Assembly: GCA_040437565.1 (NCBI GenBank)
Contig: JBDOQK010000003.1
Span: forward strand, 310,001-374,000
Length of the DNA stretch: 64,000 nucleotides
Source: Albugo candida
Lineage: Eukaryota
Reading direction: 5' to 3'
Positions 41,702 to 51,978 of the stretch are shown here, piece by piece. The notes beneath the pieces were generated by a model, which was not told the DNA's origin, did not search any database, and was given only the letters and a program-made list of their open reading frames with translations. Every line of letters starts with the position of its first letter. Positions within the stretch are counted from its first letter, which is position 1. Both the position numbers and the translations under genes were made by a program.

Positions 41702-42555
41702 GTTATTCATAAGGGTTTCATTATTCAGCCCTCACCCTCCATAAATTAATGGCCATCTTGGCCTCTGGTTGGTCTGAATAGATGCAGCTGAATAAATACA
41801 ATAAAATCAGGAAAAAAACCGGTTTCTGCAATTTTGTACAACTTGACCTACTGCTGCAGGTGTTGCTGGTGTTGTTAGTGCTATTGGTCCTTCTATTGCT
41901 TCTTGAAGGCAGTTTTCGATATATTGTTTTGTTTTCTACAATGCCGACATGTTCGGCGATGCACAGGAGCATCCAAAGCAGCAGTAGCATGGTCAAACTT
42001 CGATGGAAGTCGCTGCGTTGAGCTCGATGGCCTACCACGCGTGCGCACTTGCACAGGATCGCGAATTTCTGTCTCTGGTATTGCCAATATATACTCTAGC
42101 AGCACACGCTTGAGATGATTGCAAGCATCCTCATACTCATCAGCAATCCTATTCAGTGCTATCTCAATTCCAATTGGCATGGTCCCAGTATGAAGTGGCA
42201 TTGGCTATACCAGCCACCATAGCCGATCAAAAACCATCAACTGACAGTGGTATCACTTGTTGAAGAGAAGCATAGGCGCAAGGAGAGCCCATTGACGATG
42301 TCAATAAGCCTACATTCAAATTGAAGTTGCACTTAATTGCAGGAGATAAAAGACTGATTATTTAATCCGCTGCATCTATTCTGACCAATCAGAGGCTTCG
42401 CTTATCATTAATTTATGGAGGGTGGGGGCTGGATAACATCTCCGCAATTTATCCTCATTTATTCTGTTATATTTCTTTAAACCAATCAGAGGCCACTAAG
42501 CTATTAATTTATGGAGGCTAAGGGCTGATTTCAGAAAAAATGGGGGCTGAATAAC
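41702..42555 (-). mobile_element. Non-autonomous MULE/Mutator-like deletion derivative with terminal inverted repeats
   Basis: Left TIR about 41702-41800 (cagccctcaccctccataaattaatgg...gcctctggttggtctgaatagatgcagc) is the reverse complement of about 42356-42437, with a second copy at about 42455-42555. Internal minus-strand remnant IRDPVQVRTRGRPSSSTQRLPSKF...CRHCRKQ plus MGSPCAY (SWIM-like), typical of a MULE transposase C-terminus. Confidence 0.75.
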
Positions 42556-45478
42556 GATTCCCTAGTCATAATGAGAGAAATGACGCTGGAATGCTCGTCG
42601 ACGAGTTTTGAAAGAACATTCCGGCAGTGATTCAATACTGATACACATTCTAAAGTATAGCACAATACTTTTGGCTCCATCGTGATCAATCAAGGTAATG
42701 TGCGTCCTTCCGATCAAGGCACTATCAGATGCACTTTTGGTTCCGGAATGCAGTGTTAGGGTGGTGGACATTACCCGGTCGCACTAGATAAAAATCTTCG
42801 CAGCGCTTTGCTCTTAATAACTGTACAAGAATCTAACCAACAAGTTCCATTCAACAGTAATGCGATTGTGGTGTTCATTCACATTTTGCTCATTGGCAAA
42901 TGGACGACATTTTTCAGTCGCTTGTCGTCTGCGTGCACACAGCTCAAAATCACCTTTGAGGCTTAAGATTCTTAATTGAGAAGCAGAACCGATCACAAAA
43001 GAGCTGATAAATCGTCGTTCACTGGCACATTGGTAGCAATTTAATGTATTTGCGCAGGAAATAGTAAAATTTTATGTTTGAGAAGAATCTATGGTACAGG
43101 AAAGCAGGACAATATCAATTGCATTTTTTACAGACACTTTCGTGCTTAGCCGGGGAAGGAACTTGTCACCACGATCAAGCACAAGCTTTTGTTTCAATCA
43201 AAGCAACGATAGCGATTGCCTGAGTTACTGGTAAAGATACAAACTTTCTTCTGAAGGAATACCGATAGCATTTGCAGAAAAGTATCCAGCTTCATTGGGC
43301 ATTGCTTGAAACAAATGGATTTTCCCATAAGAAAATTGGTACCGAACTGGGACTCTAGACAAGCAACTTTGCTTGTGAAGTGTAGGGAACACCAGTTGGC
43401 TTATATGTTGCGAAGCTTTGTGTCGAGTGATCAGTGCCAACCGACAACAAACGTATTTCGATGAGATAATTGTCCAGGCTCAACTCGTCATATCTTAGTG
43501 CGACATCTATATAATACTCGCCGAGTGTTTCTCGACGTGTGCTTTTTTTGGAGCAGCCCGTTTAGCTGCAGTTCTGCAGTTTATGAGACGTAGGCAATAA
43601 ACTTGAGAGAATTGAGCGAAGATACCGAGTCTTGTCCACATCTCCAACAGCCTCAATGCCATTGACTTGATCTATATCGCTGCTGAGAACCCCTTTCTGA
43701 CCATGCTTCAGCAAAATGGGCATCACGAAGTTTCAAAGAGAGATTCTGAAATCCTCTGGGAGATTTTAGCCCATCAAATACCAACCCAAATTATTCATCA
43801 AGATTCTCGAATATGACCAAGAAAAATATTTCAATTCTGCTGGTAGTGGGTTGAGAAGCACATTGCGTGTAAGCAGATCGATTATACTTCACACCAAGTG
43901 CCAACGATGAAATGCCTTCACGATACGCATATTTCACCGCACTGGCCAATAATTTATCAAAGTAAAGCTCGGAAACGAAAAGGTCGCGTCGAGGATTCAT
44001 TGGAAGATGTCGCACTGAGAGTTCAATCTGCTTTTCTTCTCGTGTGCCGATCCAAGTGCTCAAATGGAATAGCCATATTTGCCGATGATTCTGCATGATT
44101 TTTTAGTCGCTTGTAATGATTACCACAGCCAAGACTAGACAAGCCGTCCTTGGGACTTTTTTCCCGCTTATCCAATGAGTTTCTCTGTGATGTTACAAGG
44201 TATAAGTCGGATAGTTACAAAAAGTCGCTGCTTTTATACAAATTTGCTTCCAAGCTGTGCAATCCAGCGTGAAGAAGAATCTAGTCGACCTAATCAACTA
44301 AGAATTGACCTTGGATGTGGTACCAGCTCGCCCCCTCCATGAATTAGGTTTTCCACACCCACTCAGCATAATCTGACGCGACCACTAGCACGTCTGTTCA
44401 TTTTTACAGATAGTAAGAATATCCGAAGTAAATGGTAATGAAAGAATTCAAAACGCCCGTCACAATCCATCACACCAATGGTTTAATATGTGAAAAGTGA
44501 TGTTCATATCGTATTTGCCTGATTGTCGGACAATTCCTATTACAACTTTAAACTGTAAAAATCATGAGCATCTCATTGTGCAATACATTAGTAGAGCCGA
44601 TTTGAACATTGTTTCATTCATTGATAAACTTCAAAGTCACCCAGATGAATAGCAAGATTGTCGTTATCTCATACCTCCAAGTGTTTCCATTTCGATTCTT
44701 TTTTCTAGACCAATTCGATTGAGGTTGACTCAGTTCGTCGACCTTTTAATTACAGCAGTCATGCATGATGTACAAACACGAATCCATCGTGTATTTGTTA
44801 TCTTTTGTAGCTTTGTAAAAAGCTGTGAATATCCCCTCAAATTGCTCTACAGGTGTGGAGCATATCGATATGCGTGGATATGGATAAATACGAGGTGTCA
44901 ACAGCAGAGAAATATCCAGTTGAAGCTGTAAGAACTTCTGATTCGAAATGTTGAGTCTATGCGATCTGAAGAACACACGTAAATGACGGTTTTCTTTAAG
45001 GATCGCCTTAGTGACGTGGATACGACAAATTTCGGCGATGGCTCGATAGCGGAGCTTCTGACAATGACTGATGGGTACATTCGTCTCGGGCGCTGCTTTT
45101 TTGGTACACTAATGTTACTTATGTCGTTATTTGTGTGATTATGATGCGTACCTAAGGAAGGCCAGCTTTATATCACAGCATCTCAATCCATTATCAGTGT
45201 CTACCTTGGATACTTCCGAAGATGAACTCGATGATCGATGCTGCAAGTACGATATCAGCAAAAATAGCGTGTTCCTAGTGTTCCTAGACTCATTTGTTAC
45301 ATACAAGTCAGTGTGGTGGATATCTCACTTTATTGACAATTGTTGCCGAAACGAGACATGTGTTTTCTCTTTTAATTTCTCTATGAATTAAACTATGTAT
45401 ACACATTGTTTGACGGTTCTTTCGTGGGATCAGTCGAAGGTGTCTATATTACTAGAATTAGACTAACTGACTTCTCTA

Positions 45479-45769
45479 GATGTGTTGGATTTTATTAGAA
45501 AAGCGGGGGAGCAGCGTTGGATTGATTGTTAAGCAGAACTTATCTCAAAGTTCTAAAGGAAAGTAAGGGGATACAAAGTTGTAATGTATCAGATAACTAA
45601 GGAACATGTGTTGTAATTCATTGGGAGCGCAAGAGAAAAGGTAGGACTATATCACCAAACAAAGGAAGACGTGCTGGACTTTATCGAAAAAGGAGGAGAT
45701 AGTGCTGGATCAACTCTTATCACAAACCTAAAGAACGTATATCACGAAACCAAGGAGATCAAGGATTAG
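45479..45769 (+). pseudogene. Decayed gene fragment with about 21-aa (63-bp) repeats
   Basis: One frame reads DVLDFIRKAGE...MYQITKEHVL*FIGSAREKVG LYHQTKEDVLDFIEKGGDSAG...VYHETKEIKD* with internal stops. Confidence 0.55.
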
Positions 45770-46094
45770 ATACTACACGACATGGGAATCATGAGGATTC
45801 TCTGTCGAGAAAGCTCTACTCGTGCCGTTTTTTATTTATTTATTCCTTTATGAGTATGATTCTTTTGGGTGCATCCTATATTAGCGCATAATTTGAGAGG
45901 GTTTCCTGGCCTGTCCAGGTCCTAACTTCCCCACAGTTGGTCTTGTTAGCACTTTCAGAACTTCCCTCAGCCTGCTACAAGCATCTATTCTAATTTGAGG
46001 TCGCTATCACCGTGCCTGCAGCCGATAAAAGTATACAGGTTCCCTGTACTTGCTATATAGGGTTTCAAATGATGAACGTTCTTGCATGTCCTAC

Positions 46095-46157
46095 TATATT
46101 ATAAAGCAGGTCTAGAACTTTCACTTCCCAATACGCTCTCGACTACTCACACCAACC
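46095..46157 (+). promoter_or_regulatory. TATA-like box, oomycete Inr and short leader directly upstream of the inverted repeat
   Basis: TATATTATAAAG (46095-46106), TCACTTC (46121-46127, fits YCAYTYY), leader ending CACCAACC at 46157. Confidence 0.55.
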
Positions 46158-46540
46158 TGAGGATGATCCCTCGGGCTTATGTGCAAGACGCTTCGTTAAT
46201 TTATCCATCACAACACTACCATCCTTGATCACTTTTAATAATTGTTCTTTACTCATACCTGATCATAAACAAATCATTAGTTTTGGCTACGATTTGATAG
46301 GAAATATACTGCATTACCGTTGTGAGTTGCATGTAGCATATCCTCAAAAAACAATACAGCTGACCCAGCAACCTTTCTAAATTCTTCTGCATCAGCCGCT
46401 GACTGGCTTTGCTTATCGTGCACGACCAAAGATTTAACATCCTTTGCGTCATTCCCTGACTGTGTTTGCTTACTCAACACTAGGTGCTGCTGACCCGAGC
46501 GAAGCAAAACGAATGCGACAATTGACAAACTTCGTGACAT
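46143..46540 (-). pseudogene. Inverted copy of a small, probably secreted protein gene (2 exons)
   Basis: MSRSLSIVAFVLLRSGQQHLVLSKQTQSGNDAKDVKSLVVHDKQSQSAADAEEFRKVAGSAVLFFEDMLHATHN|GMSKEQLLKVIKDGSVVMDKLTKRLAHKPEGSSSGWCE*. Intron GTAATG...CTAAT...ATCAG; hydrophobic N-terminus. Confidence 0.6.
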
Positions 46541-46826
46541 GATTTGAAATCTTTGGTCGTGCACGATAAGCAAAGCCAGTCAGAGGCTGATGCAGAAGAA
46601 TTTAGAAAGGTTGCTGGGTCAGCTGTATTGTTTTTTGAGGATATGCTACATGCAACTCACAACGGTAATGCAGTTTATTCCCTATCAAATCGTAGCCAAA
46701 ACTAATGATTTGTACATATGATCAGGTATGAGTAAAGAACAATTATTAAAAGTGATTAAGGATGGTAGTGTTGTGATGGATAAACTAACGAAGCGTCTTG
46801 CACATAAGCCCGAGGGATCATCCTCA
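46158..46826. repeat. Long inverted repeat (arms 46158-46441 and 46541-46826, 99-bp loop); candidate hairpin-RNA locus
   Basis: Arm 1 begins tgaggatgatccctcgggcttatgtgcaagacgcttcgtt; arm 2 ends aacgaagcgtcttgcacataagcccgagggatcatcctca. Only a handful of substitutions and one 2-bp indel; no N gap nearby. Confidence 0.95.
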
Positions 46827-46877
46827 ACACCACCAACTTCCGATTCCAAAAAGAAACATCTTCGCTCGCGACTTTGA
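46541..46877 (+). pseudogene. 5'-truncated sense copy of the same gene carrying the probable native C-terminus
   Basis: DLKSLVVHDKQSQSEADAEEF...HN|(intron 46665-46725)|GMSKEQLL...GSSSTPPTSDSKKKHLRSRL*. An in-frame TGA lies just upstream and there is no ATG at its 5' end. Confidence 0.6.
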
Positions 46878-49800
46878 GGGTCTAGTTGAAAGACATCCGA
46901 GCTCTTGCAAAAGTTCGTGTACTCCATCAGTAAAGAGATTTATCCCTTTTTATAATTTAATGTATCCATTTTTGTGATTATCATACTGCGGCATCTAGTC
47001 CATATTCCATGAATCTGAATGAAGTACTATTAAGGTCACCAGATTGGTCCGGGATCTCTCCAAGTAGAAGATAGTAAAGTAGTTTTACAAGAAGCAAACG
47101 GCAGTGGCATTGTCCGCAACCGCTACGCTTTTAATTATTTCCTCCCCGAGCCTGTTGAATTCCTCTTCTGGCATGATTATCAATATGTTGCGTTTCATTT
47201 CTCTCATGGAAGCTTTGTTCAATTTTATATTTTTTTCATGCTCACATAATCCTCCTTAGCTATCTACTTTTAATTCCCTTTCAATGTCGTCTTCTAGTGC
47301 GGTTTCCAGCTGCACCTAGCTTATTTGCTCCACTTTTGTCTTCGATATATTGATTGGAATATAGCACAATTACTACAGAATAGCAATCCTATTGATAAAA
47401 AACCCTACACGGAAATATGTCAAGAAATTGTTGCGTTGAGATCTACTCATTTGAGTTCTACTTGAGCTACGAGCGGCATAATAATGCTGCTCGATCCCTT
47501 GGTCGTTTGAGGTGAACTGTTTTAGCAGCCTCGAACCAATTTTTTGGAAGTGGAAAGCTTTGGCTAGCAGAGCGTTTCATTATACTTCTGCTAGGCTTCC
47601 ACTCCATATGTGCCGTCTCTTATAACCTGCGCGTGGCGACTGCTGTTTCACCCGCATATTCAAATGTTGAAAAATCGGGGCATTTGATTTCAGCGGGGTA
47701 CTTGACGCATCCAATGTATTTGGATCACGCAGATATTACATTCGTGTTTTGATTGAAATCGGATCAAAGAACCAATTGCTTTGTGGAACTTCCATCTTAG
47801 CTTCCATCCGCGATTCCTTCTATTTTTAAAACTAATTCACAACTACGGATGAGGACACCCGACATAATCTTCAGGTTTTGTATGAATTCAAACAATCAGA
47901 ACGATGCAAACTCAATTATATGCTCGTGATACAACTATCAGCAATGTACATTCTGGGCTCACCATCTTCTCGTCGGAAACAGACAGGTGCGAAACCAGGG
48001 TAGAAAGTAGCCGATGCGAGACATATCCGCAGGATCAGTTTTCAGACGCAAGGATCAGCGTTCAAGTACGTACAATGTGCATATCACCGTGATCAGTCCC
48101 ACAATATAGAATAGATTCATAATCGAGCGCGAGATTTCCGATCTTGGCTTGCAAAGGAGTTCTAGTGAATGCACAACTTACGTAAGTAGAGTCGAAGAAT
48201 TCTGAATCAAATTGAACGTGCACTCATATCAAAACTTATCTTTGTTTTTTATATGAGATCGCAGACATGCAGGGTTTGTTGTAGCATACTAGAGCGCTTC
48301 GACAAGAAAACAAGCATAAATGTGCGCAGCCATGAACGGCGTCCAGCATTAGGCATTCTGCTTTTTTAATTTGTGAAAATCAGTGACATGTTGAACGAGA
48401 CAGCGAATCGATGTATTATGCTCGCTTTTCAGCCAGCGTCATTTAGTCTTTGTATAGATCATGAGGTCAATGCACTTAATCGGATATTGCATCAACAGCC
48501 CATTATCATTTAGGCTATAAGTAGTACATTGAACTAAGTTGAAAGCACATATCTAACGGGCTGTGAATCGTCCGCTATTCGATGTGCCACTCTCCAATCG
48601 CAATGTCATTGAGCTGCATGTGTAGTCACAAGAACACCTTTAAAGTTCCACTTGCGCTCTATCTACCATCTTGTCTTCAATATTCTTTTCGTTTGATATT
48701 GCTACATGCGGCAGCAAGATCTTTGAAAAGAATGCTGTCTCAAAGCGATGCACGGGTGTATAAAATAATCTCATACCCAGTGTATATTGCAGTAGAACTC
48801 ATAACAACTCTGTATGGTCGTAAATGTCAGCGACCTGACTAACTACTGCTTTATTGATAATCGACCGGGCTGAAACTTACATGCAGCAATTTGTAGCCGT
48901 GTCAATATTGTGCATTGTTTCTCCTCCCTTTTGCGCTACACAGCGCTGTATCTCTTCAATGTAAGCAACACTTGCTGCTATGCCTAGAAGTCGTGATGCC
49001 AGTTTTGAAAGATCAGTGATATCAGAGAATAAAAGTGCGTAATTGATCGTGGCAGGTATTCTGATTCTAAGGAAAAGATTGAGTAGACTCAAATTCTATG
49101 TAGTCCCAACTTTATCATGACACACATGCCGAAGTGATCTATTTGGTTTGAGTTCTGATAGAGTAAAAGCCTCTTTGGTCCATGATGCCAGCTGAAGTCG
49201 ACAAATCTATCATCTCTCAAATCTGACTGGCACAGACAAGACAGCTTGTTCACTTACGAGAGCAAAGCCAAGATCAAGCTTGCACTGCTTCTGATACGAG
49301 GAAGAGAAATTCTGTGCCATCTGGTCCCGCCGTAGTGTTCTGGACCTGTGATATTCTTGGTCCGACGAGCACACTCGATAATACAGCATGATTATCTGTA
49401 GGGTATACAGCGGAAAAGAAAGTGGTAGTACCATACAACATTTCACTTGCGGACGCAACAGCGTCTCTCAAGCTGCAAAGTAATAAGCCCGAAGCTTCTT
49501 TGCTGACTTGATTGGTGCTTTGCTTCAAAGTGGTAATTCCAAATATATCTAGTTCCTCAAGGATGACATCAGCAGCAGAAATTTATAGCACAAAGATGTA
49601 TCTTGATAACTGATCGGACACTAGCTCTCATTCAGACGTACGACCATTTGACCAAGCCTCTAGGAGCACGATCCCCAAACTTCATCAATAGAAGAGAACC
49701 AAGCAGCCATCAATGATGGTGAGATGCAAAAAAACTGATGGCTCATGCTTTACCTAGTACCTTGTGGTGGATATATTACTCGCATCTTTTCCAGTAGCCC

Positions 49801-50176
49801 TGTTTTGCTATCTCTCCAGTATCTGGTTGTTATCTAAAACCCTTTCCAGATCTTTTTCTACTTGTATCTGTATCATTAAGGTATCTGCGTTTAAATCGAA
49901 CGACTGGCATAAAATAAATTTATTAATGCTTGGGTTTCACAATTCACACATGAATTTATATGCTTCCTGCGAAACCCGTCTACTCTTTTGCCTTATTTAC
50001 TACAACAGCTTCTAATTCGAGTTCATCGGTGATCCTCATGCTTGTGCAACATGAACAGATCGATTCATATTGTCCACGAAGAGCCAGGTCATCGTATGTA
50101 AACAGATAGTTTCGATACGTATGTGACTAGTCTGAATACTGTGTAGCCCACAACGATAGCGTAATGAAGAGGGTAT

Positions 50177-51843
50177 ATGTTTTCGCCGAATGGAAAGCAT
50201 ATTGCATCGGCCGCACCGTTCGGTCGATCGATCTTTCGATGTAAGCGATTGAATCTAATCGATCTCTCCCATCGTTTCGTATCACGCCCACAAAAACGAC
50301 GTCTTTTTACATTTCCATCGTACTCGCAGCCGCTTATCAAATCACATTCTGAGACCAAAGTGGTACCTTTTTCAGCCGACGAAATGTTCGATGTGGTCGC
50401 CGACGTCAATTCCTATAAAGAATTCCTTCCATTTTGTGTGGAATCACGAATTCTTCGAAAACCAAATGAAAATGTCATGGAAGCAATGCTTCGGATCGGA
50501 TTCAAGATATTTACAGAAGCGTATACTTCTCGTGTGATTATGAACAGGTGCGAATGGTCAAACTTGTGTCGAGGCCGCGAATTTTACTGTTGAGTTGATG
50601 GATAGACCGCATAAAATCAATATAAAATCTGTCGAGTCCCCAACATTCAAACGAATTGAGAGGTTTGAGATTGCGAGTGCAACTTTCATGCTCTGAATGA
50701 ATGTTTTCCGATAGCGAGTGGCGTTTCAAACAGCTGGATGATCCTTACTCGTGTCAAGTGCATTTTCGTGTCGTTTTTGAGGTGGCTTCTTTTCTCCACG
50801 CAAATGCGATCAAACTGTTTTTTGAAGATGTCGCGCGTACACAACTGAATGCTTTTATTGGGCGCGCTGGATGGAAATACAACAACGACCACGAAAGGAA
50901 TGAGGAGAAGCAGCGTCGAGAGCAAAATACCTTACTTAAAAGACAACTTGGGAGTAGCGAATTGCCTTCAAATGGTGCAACCTTTGGCTCTGAAGTGAAG
51001 AAAAATTCTCCGCATACTTTAGACGGACTTGTATCTATACAAAACGACGATGGTGCCAATCCAATTAAACGACCATCCCTGTCCAAACAAGCAATTGCAA
51101 GTATAAAAGCTACGATTTGTACGCGAGATTACGAGGTCTTGATGCATATTTTCGAAAAATATGCGGACGACAAAACTCGATTATACTTTGGGGGGTTTTG
51201 CAATGCTTGTCGATCACTTGGAGCTGATTATGAAACACTCAAGTCAATCAGTGAGGATACCGTATTAGCGGGTGCCGTTTTCTCAAGCTTTGAGACCAGC
51301 CGCGAAGTAAAAGACTGGCTAGACTTTGATGAGTTTGTCGTCGGTGTGTATCTACTAACAAAAGGCACAGTGGAAGAGAAAGCATTCAATCTCTTTCTGA
51401 CTGTTGACACCAGTCGAGATGGAAGGATTAGCAGAAAGGAGCTAGAAAACGCGATGCAGCGAAGAATCCACACCGTTCGAACAATTTTTCCAAAATTGTT
51501 GACTGATCAGGTTCATATGCAAATGCAACATGCTAACGTAACGAGTTTACCATCAACAGCGGAATCCATCATGTCGGAAGGCCTGAAACTGATCGAAACT
51601 TTAATGGAAGATATCGAAAAAGACATTCCGCTGGCCGTCAATCAGATATTCAGCAAGGCAGATCTTGATCGTGATGGATACATCACTGAGGACGAATGGC
51701 TTGTTGCATGGCAATCACATCCTGAATTAGTGGAATTGATGACCATTGACGGGATGCAGAAAATTGCTCAGTGGGCGTCCGTCGTGCAGCCTGACGAAAA
51801 CGAAGACTCCGCATTGGACACGAGGCTAACACATATCGATTAA
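50177..51843 (+). CDS. COQ10-like (START/polyketide cyclase) domain fused to an EF-hand (NCS/calcineurin-B-like) domain
   Basis: HSETKVVPFSADEMFDVVADVNSYKEFLPFCVESRI, MLRIGFKIFTEAYTSRV, two introns, EWRF...CQVHFRVVFEVASFLHANAIKLFFEDVARTQLNAFIGRA. The same exon continues into EF loops DTSRDGRISRKE and DLDRDGYITEDE. Confidence 0.88.
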
Positions 51844-51978
51844 TTGGATCAGAATAGATTGATATTTTGCAACAAACACTCGTCCATGTCTTAAAGCAGG
51901 GTACCGAGCAAAAAGAAAAGATTCAAGCGTTCAATCTGATTCATTACCAAAAGTGAACTTTTACAATGAAACAAAGTG

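Noticed and set aside
43600-44100. Plus-strand frame with stops (EILAHQIPTQIIHQD...RVEDSLEDVALR) faintly like an LTR integrase core
   Set aside because: Catalytic motifs are not convincingly present; cannot be supported without TBLASTN or HMM search.
48877-49747. Broken minus-strand ORFs possibly from an Albugo CCG/CHxC effector pseudogene
   Set aside because: No intact CxxCxxxxxG motif or clear signal peptide was found.
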